A DNA stretch of 64,000 nt, from the IMG/VR virus record IMGVR_UViG_3300046542_000291, positions 1 through 64,000 of that record, one strand, 5' to 3'. Position 1 is the stretch's first letter. Each line of letters starts with the position of its first letter. This document shows positions 53,985-62,681 of the stretch, one piece after another. The notes under the pieces were generated by a model, which ran no database searches, was not told where the DNA came from, and saw nothing but the letters and a program-made list of their open reading frames with translations. Position numbers and translations under genes: made by a program.

Positions 53985-54070
53985 AGCGGGGTCGTCTAGC
54001 GGCCTAGGACACCGGTGGCCACCATAGCACCAAGCCGGAAACACAGGTTCGATTCCTGTCCCCAATCCCA
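53985..54070 (+). ncRNA. tRNA-Glu-like element D with expanded anticodon loop
   Basis: Glu-type D arm GTCTAGCGGCCTAGGAC, CCGG-[19 nt]-CCGG, ACAGG-TTCGATT-CCTGT, GGGG/CCCC acceptor core, CCA. Confidence 0.75.
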
Positions 54071-54077
54071 AAGTTTA

Positions 54078-54153
54078 GGATCAGTAGCTCAATTGGCAGA
54101 GCAACCGATTCCAAATCGGTAGGTTCCAAGTTCGACTCCTGGCTGGTCCGCCA
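54078..54153 (+). tRNA. tRNA-Trp(CCA)
   Basis: Canonical cloverleaf, ACCGA-TTCCAAA-TCGGT, G73, CCA. Confidence 0.95.
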
Positions 54154-54177
54154 GTTTTAAGAATCTGCTGCAGCAGA

Positions 54178-54292
54178 TAGTGTGAGACATTCGGTCTGCG
54201 ATAGTGCCAGCGCCTCGTAAGCGTGAGAAGACCCTAGGCCTCAGGATGAGGGAAAAGACCCGTAGCCGACGGAGAGCATCACACTAACACCA
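54178..54292 (+). ncRNA. candidate multibranch RNA ending ACACCA
   Basis: 8-bp closing stem TAGTGTGA/TCACACTA, inner hairpins AGAC/GTCT, CCTC/GAGG, CCGT/ACGG. Confidence 0.45.
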
Positions 54293-54310
54293 TCCCCATT
54301 GGAGTATCCC

Positions 54311-54496
54311 ATGACGTCAGTAGTTACCATCAAAGCACACCCGGTTGAAGGCAAGCAGGTCCAAGTGACCGTGAGTGACCCAACCATGAACCAGGAAGTC
54401 CTGGAACAGTTCTATCTGCAGAACGGTGAAAGCGCAGAACGCGTTGTCTACGAAGACCGTGTGGTATCCGTTCGTGAAGTTTCCAAACCTGCGTAA
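54311..54496 (+). CDS. hypothetical protein (61 aa)
   Basis: GGAG SD, strong phage codon bias. Confidence 0.7.
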   Translation: MTSVVTIKAHPVEGKQVQVTVSDPTMNQEVLEQFYLQNGESAERVVYEDRVVSVREVSKPA

Positions 54497-54517
54497 TGCA
54501 CGCACCAGAGAGTAAAG

Positions 54518-55192
54518 ATGTTCGTCGATATCAGTGCCTATTTGATCGCCACTCCTCTTCCAGTCTCCGATGAAAATCCGGTAGCGCTGGAACTCCTCGG
54601 CTCGGAAGCCTTGGTAAACTGCAAGGACGTGATCTGTCAACTGGAAGACGGCTCCATACAACTCTCCGCTCCCACGTTGGGGGCATCTAGCAAAAGTACA
54701 CACCGCACTCGGTGTGAATGGAAAGAGCCAGCTTACTGGGCTCTCGCTAGTGCCGCACATCACTGGTCTCGCCAAGAGATGGCTGTTACTCAGGTCAACT
54801 CAGCTCAGAAAGTAGTGATTGCACAAACACATGTGAAAGGCGCCACTACTCCGCCCCTGAAAGTCTTCTGGAATAAAGGGAAGATTACAGCTGGATTCCG
54901 TTCGAGTTTCGTTGATCCCACGATCAACAACTTTACCCTACTCGAAGACGTGCCTCTCGGCATACTCTTCAAAGTAAGCCTGCATGTAACAGCGGCGGGT
55001 TCTGTTTCCGTCAATGTCCTTTGCGAAGGGCGTAAATCGGTGTGTCCGGTGTTGAAATTGGACAGCTCGTGGAAAGACCAGACCTTCCAGTTCCATGGGG
55101 GTGTTTACAACCAGATCGATTACAGCGATACGACACCGCCAGAAGATGGTTCTATCTGCATAATCACCGAGTTGTCAACAACGCATTACTAA
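54518..55192 (+). CDS. polysaccharide lyase family 7 (alginate lyase, 224 aa)
   Basis: RTRCEWKE (RxExRE), IAQTHV (QIH), FHGGVYNQ (YFKAGxYxQ) motifs. Confidence 0.88.
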   Translation: MFVDISAYLIATPLPVSDENPVALELLGSEALVNCKDVICQLEDGSIQLSAPTLGASSKSTHRTRCEWKEPAYWALASAAHHWSRQEMAVTQVNSAQKVVIAQTHVKGATTPPLKVFWNKGKITAGFRSSFVDPTINNFTLLEDVPLGILFKVSLHVTAAGSVSVNVLCEGRKSVCPVLKLDSSWKDQTFQFHGGVYNQIDYSDTTPPEDGSICIITELSTTHY

Positions 55193-55199
55193 ACGTGAT

Positions 55200-55223
55200 C
55201 GGAACCTTCGGGTTCCGTTTATG
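55200..55223 (+). terminator. hairpin terminator
   Basis: CGGAACC-TTCG-GGTTCCG-TTTATG. Confidence 0.75.
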
Positions 55224-55246
55224 CCCACCAACAAAGAGTAACTAAA

Positions 55247-55825
55247 ATGAAAGAGCCTAAGACGTTCGAGCTAATCGATCATTACGTGAACGGCATGAAA
55301 GAATATATCGCCACCAATCGCGAATACTGGCGAAGATCGACCGGTGATGATCAAGCAACCTTCCTGAAAGACTTCGCTACCATCGGCGTAACGGTTCCTC
55401 GACAATCCGGAGCAACCTTCTGGGTACATACTCGTGCCATTGCCGATAAGGACTCAATGGTTATTGTCTTCGGGCAACGCGATAAAGACGCGGCTTACAA
55501 TAACTTTACCCACGCGGGGGAATACATTCCAATCCACTGCGGTAGGGAAGTTACAGCGGAAGAATGGCTACGTCGTAATGAGCAACGTGGACTTGGGGCT
55601 AAGTTCCTAGGTCGCTTCTTCACCACCGATGACGTGTTCCAGGAAATGAATAGTTGGTCCGAAGGGTTACAGGGGCACTCTCCATGGATTCGCGGACTGG
55701 GTATTAACAAAACGATTTACCTCATGGGGGCAGGTGCTATCATGAGTAAGGTGAAACGTAACAAGCTGTATAACTGGCTTGCTAACTTCACTGACCCCGA
55801 CAGCGTTATCATCACGGTGAACTAA
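55247..55825 (+). CDS. hypothetical protein (192 aa)
   Basis: Plus-strand ORF with phage codon usage. Confidence 0.7.
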   Translation: MKEPKTFELIDHYVNGMKEYIATNREYWRRSTGDDQATFLKDFATIGVTVPRQSGATFWVHTRAIADKDSMVIVFGQRDKDAAYNNFTHAGEYIPIHCGREVTAEEWLRRNEQRGLGAKFLGRFFTTDDVFQEMNSWSEGLQGHSPWIRGLGINKTIYLMGAGAIMSKVKRNKLYNWLANFTDPDSVIITVN

Positions 55826-56011
55826 ATGAGAGTCAAAGCTACAATCGAAGCCGTTGCAAAGAACATCGAATTTCACAAGATCGATCTGGACAAAGACAAC
55901 CGCATGGTGCGCCTGGGCGTAGGTCGACATGACGGTAAGTGGTTTGTTCGTGCCGACCTCTGGTTTGCGGGCTTCCGTCTCAACCAACGCGACTATACGT
56001 TGTTCGCGTAA
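55826..56011 (+). CDS. hypothetical protein (61 aa)
   Basis: Abuts the upstream stop. Confidence 0.65.
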   Translation: MRVKATIEAVAKNIEFHKIDLDKDNRMVRLGVGRHDGKWFVRADLWFAGFRLNQRDYTLFA

Positions 56012-56025
56012 CTGGTTGATTTTTC

Positions 56026-56036
56026 TGTAATAGTAT
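56026..56036 (+). promoter_or_regulatory. TGTAATAGTAT promoter-like motif
   Basis: Upstream of 56156..58012. Confidence 0.5.
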
Positions 56037-56155
56037 GTAGGTAGTGCCCGAGCCTGGACACTACCTACAGCGTTTTATGTCGCTTTGAATAATAAACAAA
56101 TACTGACAACCACCCCGTATGTGGATGACCCACGCAAAAAGAAAGGACCTTTATC

Positions 56156-58012
56156 ATGCAACTCACACCAGAAATTTTGGCTGTCATCGATACAGCCCCA
56201 GAAGAGCGTAAAGAAAGTCTCACCGAACTCATCAAAAACACCATCGCAAGCAACCTGGATAAGGATGCTTTGGCTATTGCGCAACACCTTGTGGCCTTTG
56301 GCCACTTCCACGACATGACCCGTTCGATCGTACACCCCGATGAATTGTGGGATGCGGTCTCTGCGGTCGAGGAAGAGTTGCCTGAATACTGGCAGAGCAC
56401 ATCGGACGCCATCCAGGTCTGCCGCGGTGGCAACCAGATCATCACCGAGAAGCTCGGTATCTGGCAAGCAGCCATGGATAAATACCAATCCACTAAAGAA
56501 GGTACCATCGATCCAAAGGTCATCTCCCCACTACCAGAAGAAGCTCCTGGAGACGCTCTCCTGGCTGAGTGCGACGTAACCCCTACCGTTGAGGTGGATA
56601 AACATCCAGACCTCTTCCAAACGCCTATCAGCGACGTACACAGCTTCATGAAGCTTCTGGACGAAACGTTGAACCGGTATTTCGGCATTGACAACCTCCC
56701 AGTTGGCATGATCAGCGATGAACTCGCTCGCCTGGTCCACAACAAGCTCTACGAACACTTCCTGGATCGCTACTGGGTAGAAGGCCATAACTACGCTTGG
56801 CCAAAGCGTGACCACGTTGAGCTCCGTCCTCGGAAGGTCGTTCGTATCTTCCTCGATGAGCATGATCCAGCGCCAGATCAAACACTGGCGTTCATCAAGA
56901 AAGAACTGGCCAAGTTGGATAAGGTCACCATCCTCGATTTACTGAGTAATGGCACCGTCATCGAATGTGACGTCGACCAACCAATCAATGATGCAATCGA
57001 TTCGGTTGAGTGTGAAGCCACTGCGCTGCCACACGACCCACATTCCGATGAAGACACAGCGAAGATGTTGGAAAGTCTGGAGGACCCGTCCAAGTTGTAC
57101 ATGATGAAAGTCGATGGCGAACCCACCATCCTTTACATGGATGGCGATGAAGCGGAACTGGCCAAAGAAGTATCGGCCGGTTTGCATAAGGACATCGAAC
57201 TGCTGGCTGCCGAAGGCGCTGATGCATTGATGTTTGAACACGGCCTGATCAGTAACATCCCGGATGGCTTCCCGAACGCCGAGAAATGGCGGACACTCAT
57301 TCGTGAGAACTGCAGCCGCGCTTTCCGGAAGATCCTTCTGGAAAACGGTGAGCATGAAGAACTGGCTAAGCTGGATGCAGAAGCTGGCGAGAAAGTAGTT
57401 GGTCATATCGCTGGTGCCGAGATCCTCGCTCCAGAGAAACCAAGCGAACAAATCGCTCAAGCTTCCATCGTCCCGAATGAACCGCAGGTAGATCCACTGA
57501 CCTCGTTGGTGGAACCAAAGTTCTATCGTCCACTCAGCCTGTACGACATTGATCAATTCGATATCCCGGAAGGGAAAACCGAGTTGTTCGAATCGACCTG
57601 GAACATGATTCGTCAACCCGACATGCAAGTTTGGCTGGCTGGTCGTTACGATGTTCCTGATCTGCCATGCACTCCAGCTGACCTGGTTACCGTACAACGC
57701 TTCCTGACTCCTGTTCAGGAACACCCACAGCAGGAAGTCATGTTCCGTCGTGTGCTGGAAAAGATCGGTGAAGAAGAACCGGAAATCAAGGAATGGTTGG
57801 AAAAGCGTGACGCTGCCCAAACTTCCCTGGAGTTCGATCTGACCGTCACTCCCGAAGGCCGTGCCCGTCAAAAGGTGATTGTACCGGCTGGTGTATCTGA
57901 CCCACAGACACTGCTGCGTGAGATGGGGGACTTCCTCCACACTGACGAAGGTGTGTTCATGAGTCGTGATGCTGTCGAAGCCAAGTTCGGCGTGAAGATC
58001 ATCGACGTTTAA
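56156..58012 (+). CDS. large acidic hypothetical protein (618 aa)
   Basis: AAAGGA SD, strong codon bias, terminator downstream. Confidence 0.85.
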   Translation: MQLTPEILAVIDTAPEERKESLTELIKNTIASNLDKDALAIAQHLVAFGHFHDMTRSIVHPDELWDAVSAVEEELPEYWQSTSDAIQVCRGGNQIITEKLGIWQAAMDKYQSTKEGTIDPKVISPLPEEAPGDALLAECDVTPTVEVDKHPDLFQTPISDVHSFMKLLDETLNRYFGIDNLPVGMISDELARLVHNKLYEHFLDRYWVEGHNYAWPKRDHVELRPRKVVRIFLDEHDPAPDQTLAFIKKELAKLDKVTILDLLSNGTVIECDVDQPINDAIDSVECEATALPHDPHSDEDTAKMLESLEDPSKLYMMKVDGEPTILYMDGDEAELAKEVSAGLHKDIELLAAEGADALMFEHGLISNIPDGFPNAEKWRTLIRENCSRAFRKILLENGEHEELAKLDAEAGEKVVGHIAGAEILAPEKPSEQIAQASIVPNEPQVDPLTSLVEPKFYRPLSLYDIDQFDIPEGKTELFESTWNMIRQPDMQVWLAGRYDVPDLPCTPADLVTVQRFLTPVQEHPQQEVMFRRVLEKIGEEEPEIKEWLEKRDAAQTSLEFDLTVTPEGRARQKVIVPAGVSDPQTLLREMGDFLHTDEGVFMSRDAVEAKFGVKIIDV

Positions 58013-58029
58013 GCAAAAAAAAAATACGG

Positions 58030-58064
58030 CATAAGGCCAGCCCCGTTAAGGGCTGGCTTTTATG
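58030..58064. terminator. bidirectional hairpin terminator at a strand switch
   Basis: GCCAGCCC-CGTTAA-GGGCTGGC, CATA/TATG flanks. Confidence 0.8.
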
Positions 58065-58068
58065 TCGT

Positions 58069-58305
58069 CTAACGGTACAGGAGAGCAAAGGTACCGTAGA
58101 GAGCCATTACCGTCACACCATGCAGAGCATAGGTTTCACTAGTGGACCAATACAGCAGACGAGCCTGAACGTGAGCGATACGTTCCTGGAACTTAGCCTT
58201 CTTGGATTGCTTGGTCCAGTAGTATTGCATCAGGAGACAGAAGACTGCCACTACGATCAATGCACCGCTGAACCACCAGAACGATTCGTGGATGTTCGCC
58301 CTCAT
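58069..58305 (-). CDS. small membrane protein (78 aa)
   Basis: ATGA coupling; hydrophobic segment. Confidence 0.65.
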   Translation of the reverse strand: MRANIHESFWWFSGALIVVAVFCLLMQYYWTKQSKKAKFQERIAHVQARLLYWSTSETYALHGVTVMALYGTFALLYR

Positions 58306-59069
58306 TCAATCACTTCCCATACATCGTAGGAGAGGTCAGTCTCCAGGTTAAAGGTATCCGCCGTCAGGCAGGCGGTGTAACCAACATAGTCGCTCGGCGA
58401 TTCCGGGTTCAGGACCAGAGCGTACGCATTGTCGCTAGGGAACATCGTACGGAGGTTGCGAGCGATGGCGATGCCTGTGGTAGGCAAGACTGCGATCATG
58501 TCTTTGAAGTCCACCTGAGCGCGTTCCACGAGGTAAGCACGCAGATGATCGACAACCATTTCGATCAGTGGGTCACCAAGCATGAGCGACACACCCACAC
58601 CTTGGTTATCCATGACGTGGAAAGGACCTTGACCATCGGCCAGTGTCACACGTCCCTTGTCGACCGAATCAACAGCCACCACCGCAGTTGTACCAGTTGC
58701 ATACGTGATCTGCACCTGGAAGCCAATGCCGAACATTTGCGATGCCAACATCAGGCGATCGATAGGATGCTCGACTTCCGCCAGCGTCTTGCCGTAGGCC
58801 GACTTGGTGGACAGGAAGTTAGCCATCTTGTTGTACTCGTCGCGATCGGCGTCACTCAGACACCAGACGTTGATGTTGTGCATGCCAGTACCGATGTTCA
58901 CATCGACTTTGGCTTCAACCTGACCGTTGTCCGTATAGACTTGGGCCATGTCGTTGTTGGCGCTCACCAGTCGACCAATCTGGGTAGTACCCATGACGTT
59001 GGTCTTGTGGACAAAGATGGTACGTTCGGATTGCCGACGTGCATCGATGAAGAGTTTAAGCTTGGACAT
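58302..59069 (-). CDS. hypothetical protein (255 aa)
   Basis: AGGAG SD. Confidence 0.8.
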   Translation of the reverse strand: MSKLKLFIDARRQSERTIFVHKTNVMGTTQIGRLVSANNDMAQVYTDNGQVEAKVDVNIGTGMHNINVWCLSDADRDEYNKMANFLSTKSAYGKTLAEVEHPIDRLMLASQMFGIGFQVQITYATGTTAVVAVDSVDKGRVTLADGQGPFHVMDNQGVGVSLMLGDPLIEMVVDHLRAYLVERAQVDFKDMIAVLPTTGIAIARNLRTMFPSDNAYALVLNPESPSDYVGYTACLTADTFNLETDLSYDVWEVIE

Positions 59070-59082
59070 TTGAAGCTCCTGG

Positions 59083-59259
59083 TTAGAAAGCGGGTTCGAC
59101 GATGTACATTTCCCATTCCTTCACGGCTTGACCAACGATCAAGTCGACGTTCGGATACTGCTCTTCGATATCAGAACCGCGGGCAGTGATTTGACGCTGT
59201 TCATCGCCAGACAGGTTCTTGACAGTGAGGGTGTACATTTGGTTTGGTTGCAGGGACAT
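59083..59259 (-). CDS. 58-aa protein (MSLQPNQMYTLTVKNL...)
   Basis: Hand translation; AAGGA SD; fills the gap. Confidence 0.6.
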   Translation of the reverse strand: MSLQPNQMYTLTVKNLSGDEQRQITARGSDIEEQYPNVDLIVGQAVKEWEMYIVEPAF

Positions 59260-59270
59260 GGAACGGTTCC

Positions 59271-59552
59271 TTATTTAAAGTGGTTGTAAATATCCAGGCC
59301 GGCTTCGATACCGGCAAGGAATAAGCAGAGGGTCGCAGATTGAAGCAGGAGACGATCTATGTTCGCCACCCAGGGTTTGCGTAGCCATTGGATCATAAGC
59401 AGCTCACCGAGCGCACGGCGCTTCTCAGGGGTATCTATAGGCTCACCAGCCCACGTTATACGGTGGACAACGTACCAACGCATTACTTTACGCCAGATCA
59501 TCCAGATGAGTGCGATGACAATGAACGGCTTGATGAAGTAAGCTTGCTCCAT
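59271..59552 (-). CDS. membrane protein (93 aa)
   Basis: Two hydrophobic segments. Confidence 0.65.
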   Translation of the reverse strand: MEQAYFIKPFIVIALIWMIWRKVMRWYVVHRITWAGEPIDTPEKRRALGELLMIQWLRKPWVANIDRLLLQSATLCLFLAGIEAGLDIYNHFK

Positions 59553-59556
59553 GGAG

Positions 59557-59865
59557 TTAACCTTGAACGTAGGGGTAAATAAGAAAAATCAGGCAAAGAC
59601 CACTCAGGATGATCAAGGTGTTCAGCGCAAAGCGCGTCGCGTCATACCAGATCTTGGCTTCGATATAATCAACATGAGCATTGACCATATCCACCAACCA
59701 CGTTCGGGTATAGCCTTTGTCCTTGTCTTCTTTCAAGCCCTTCATGAAAGGTCCCCAAAGACGGTATTGTCGAACACAGCAGTAAATCCAAGTGCCCATA
59801 GGCAGAGCGATTCTGAGAATCAACCCCACAACGAACAGTACTACGTAAACTGCAATGGGTGTCAT
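59557..59865 (-). CDS. membrane protein (102 aa)
   Basis: GGGGA SD; N- and C-terminal TM segments. Confidence 0.7.
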   Translation of the reverse strand: MTPIAVYVVLFVVGLILRIALPMGTWIYCCVRQYRLWGPFMKGLKEDKDKGYTRTWLVDMVNAHVDYIEAKIWYDATRFALNTLIILSGLCLIFLIYPYVQG

Positions 59866-59878
59866 GGTGTTCCCCTAG

Positions 59879-60013
59879 TTACTTGAATAGTAGTTGAAAA
59901 AGTACAAACGTAACACAGATAGTCAGTAGTACCCACAAGCCAATTCGTTGCAGCTTGTCTTTACGCATCTCCCATTGGCGACGCTTAAGTCGCTCTAACA
60001 AAACGTTGGTCAC
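59879..60013 (-). CDS. 44-aa membrane peptide (GTG start)
   Basis: GGAGA SD before GTG; basic N-terminus plus TM. Confidence 0.55.
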   Translation of the reverse strand: MTNVLLERLKRRQWEMRKDKLQRIGLWVLLTICVTFVLFQLLFK

Positions 60014-60056
60014 AATGTATCTCCAGTTAGTGATACAGGCTTGAGATTTTTTTGGA

Positions 60057-60728
60057 TTACTTATCAAGTTGCATGTAAGACTTACGGATAGGAGTGGGAT
60101 CAATGGCCAGCCATTTGGACACACGGGCACAGACTTTCTCGGCGTAGTCGTCACGAAAGGTGTTACCACCCACAACGTGGCCACTGTCCCGGACATAATA
60201 GTCATACTCTTCACTCACGGTGTTAGAGCGACGATTACCTAAGATGTGATAGTCCAGTGGGGTCATGCGGTAGTCGTCTGGAAGCAACTCCCGGATTTCT
60301 TTGAAGTACTCACGCGTACCACCAATGATAACCGGAACACCCGTGCCATGACAGATGACATTGAAATTACCACTGTCCGTGTCAACAGAACCATGAAGGG
60401 TTTTACCGTCTGCGGTTAAACAAACGAAACTGATTTCCTTCACTGTTTTCAAGCCGAACCAGTTTTCATATTGGAGCAGGTGCTTTAACGAACCACCCGA
60501 ATCCAGGAACTGAAGAAACTTCTTTTTGTTAGTGGTAAGTCCGGCAATGCCAATGGCCAGTAACACGTGCCCGAACGCCTCTACTTCACGTTGGAATAAA
60601 TGGATCTTGTCTGAATCATTGGTGGTATAACGAACAACACCGCCACCATCTTCGTTTTGCAGGGCGTGCGACCACGAGCTATGGCGATCAGCCAACATGA
60701 CATTTCCGTCACAGTAAATTTGAGTCAT
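60057..60728 (-). CDS. Ntn-hydrolase / HslV-proteasome-beta-like protein (223 aa)
   Basis: N-terminal M-T, AD at about residue 13-14, later SDK and G.AG motifs. Confidence 0.5.
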   Translation of the reverse strand: MTQIYCDGNVMLADRHSSWSHALQNEDGGGVVRYTTNDSDKIHLFQREVEAFGHVLLAIGIAGLTTNKKKFLQFLDSGGSLKHLLQYENWFGLKTVKEISFVCLTADGKTLHGSVDTDSGNFNVICHGTGVPVIIGGTREYFKEIRELLPDDYRMTPLDYHILGNRRSNTVSEEYDYYVRDSGHVVGGNTFRDDYAEKVCARVSKWLAIDPTPIRKSYMQLDK

Positions 60729-60737
60729 AATCTTTCC

Positions 60738-60947
60738 CTAGAAACCGTTAACGTAACGCCAGTGACCTAGATGCAAACAGATAGCTGACATGAACATAGT
60801 CAGCAACATGATCGACCCGGACATGGCCACCAGTGGATGATTATCTTTCAGCTTGATGCACGACCAGATAAACGTAATGGTCGAGAGCACACAGAGCGTA
60901 CAGATGAAGATCAGGATGTACAGCTTTTCTGTAGAGAGTCCCCACAT
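60738..60947 (-). CDS. 2-TM membrane protein (69 aa)
   Basis: Two hydrophobic helices. Confidence 0.65.
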   Translation of the reverse strand: MWGLSTEKLYILIFICTLCVLSTITFIWSCIKLKDNHPLVAMSGSIMLLTMFMSAICLHLGHWRYVNGF

Positions 60948-60968
60948 ACCGAAGGCCTTTTGTTTGGA

Positions 60969-61289
60969 TTAGACCCGGCGATAAGACCGAGGAGAAAGCG
61001 GAACCGATCGTGAACGTATTGGAACTGGCTTCACTCGAAAGATACGGTCATGCAATGCAACCGCTAAGACAATACCAATCGAACTACCTAATGCCCCAGT
61101 CACCATAATCCAACGACCACCTGCAACCGATGTCTGTGCAGCCAGTACCTCAGATGCCCCGATGATGGCGCCAATGATAGCCATGGGTAGATACTTCCCC
61201 GCTACCATGTTCTTTACTTGAAAGCTTTTCATGAACACAACAGAAAACGTGATCGAGAAGCTCAACATGAACAACCAAGCTTGATGCAT
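60969..61289 (-). CDS. 3-TM membrane protein (106 aa)
   Basis: Start MHQAW with GGAG SD; three hydrophobic helices. Confidence 0.65.
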   Translation of the reverse strand: MHQAWLFMLSFSITFSVVFMKSFQVKNMVAGKYLPMAIIGAIIGASEVLAAQTSVAGGRWIMVTGALGSSIGIVLAVALHDRIFRVKPVPIRSRSVPLSPRSYRRV

Positions 61290-61304
61290 AAAAACTCCAG
61301 AGGA

Positions 61305-61334
61305 CATAAAGCCCTCCCGAAGGAGAGCTCTATG
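61305..61334. terminator. hairpin terminator
   Basis: GCCCTCC-CGAA-GGAGAGC with CATA/TATG flanks. Confidence 0.6.
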
Positions 61335-61443
61335 CGTTAGACGGGGGTCACCAGGCATCCACCTATTCGTGGACGGGGGAGAGAGGTGGAGAGATTGCCC
61401 TGGGGCCCCCTAAGCCGATAATCTTACATATAGTACTGTAAGA

Positions 61444-61948
61444 TTATTGATAGTGAGTTAACCCATCGCTCCCCAACGTCCCGCCTGACAACGAACTGGT
61501 GCCTAACAACAGTTCGATAATGCGCTGCTGCACATCGTCGTACATCGACTCGTTGGCCAGGGCGCTAGTGCCATCTGTAAAGTTCATGAGATACTTTACA
61601 CCTACCTTCCCACCACCGTATTCCCCAGCCCCTGCTTCAAAATGGATCAGTGTTTCACCCGCTCCAAATTTAGGAGCGCAGAACCGGGTGAACGGAGCCA
61701 GTTGTCCAAAGGCACTCATCACGAAGATGACCTTCTCGTTTGCTTCAACGAGGTTTCGCATTCTCGCAACATGGGCTTGGTTGCTTTCCCACTTCACCAA
61801 CCATTCGTCATACATCCGACGAAGTTCTGGACCGGCAGAGGAAGGTGGTTTATCGAAGACCCGTTGTGAACGCAGGTATTCCTCAACCTCATCGTACTCC
61901 TTACGTAAGTCGGTGATGGCTGGGTACTGTAGAATGAAACGTTCCATT
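61444..61948 (-). CDS. hypothetical protein (probable start MERFIL; track ORF extends to 61986)
   Basis: GGGGT SD before MERF. Confidence 0.65.
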
Positions 61949-62120
61949 ACTTTACCCCCACTTGCGTAGTAGCAATGGCAATGCATGCCAACATAGCCAG
62001 GTTGGTGTAGAAAAGGTACTTACGTGTTTGGCTATCCGATGAACCGTTGATCAGGTGGAACACGGTCAACAATCCAATGAACCCCCAAACCGAAAACAGT
62101 TGATCAATCACTGCGGGCAT
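61947..62120 (-). CDS. small 2-TM protein (MPAVIDQ...)
   Basis: GGAGG SD; hydrophobic. Confidence 0.55.
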   Translation of the reverse strand: MPAVIDQLFSVWGFIGLLTVFHLINGSSDSQTRKYLFYTNLAMLACIAIATTQVGVK

Positions 62121-62416
62121 TGAGCCTCCCAGACATCTTTCGGAAACCACAGAGTTGCGTAGTTCAGACCGATGGTCATGTGATGCCATCCCGCTTTCTG
62201 GAAGCGATCACACACGAGTTCACGCAAGCCTTCATCAGGTACCATGCCTTCGGTCAGCGGGATGTGGATGGAACGCCACTCCCCTTCACGCATGATTCCA
62301 GGATAGGCTTCGAGGTGGGTGTTAATGTAAGCAACCACTGCATCGAGGTTGTCGAGCTTGTTGCGTTTCAAGAAGTCCAGAGTGGACATCGGTTGGGTAT
62401 GTGAATGATCAGCCAC
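62108..62416 (-). CDS. hypothetical protein (102 aa)
   Basis: GAGG SD, overlapping packing. Confidence 0.7.
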   Translation of the reverse strand: MADHSHTQPMSTLDFLKRNKLDNLDAVVAYINTHLEAYPGIMREGEWRSIHIPLTEGMVPDEGLRELVCDRFQKAGWHHMTIGLNYATLWFPKDVWEAQCPQ

Positions 62417-62681
62417 GGAGCCTCGTTGGAATCATGAACATGATTCGGTCAAAGAATTTGAAGGAGATGTTCTTCCAACCGCGAGGCTCGTAGAGCTCGT
62501 CGATCAGAGGTTGCATCCAGTCTTCCGTGCTAACATCAACACGGATGTGTTTGCCATAGCCGTTGCATGGATCGTCAACTATACGACCTCTCTTTAAAGC
62601 TTCCTCGATCTTTTCGAGTACGGCCTTAAAGTCAGGGTCATTCATCACGACCTCTTGAGCACTGGTGCGTTCTATTTGCAT
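62409..62681 (-). CDS. hypothetical protein (90 aa)
   Basis: AAGGA SD. Confidence 0.7.
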   Translation of the reverse strand: MQIERTSAQEVVMNDPDFKAVLEKIEEALKRGRIVDDPCNGYGKHIRVDVSTEDWMQPLIDELYEPRGWKNISFKFFDRIMFMIPTRLRG

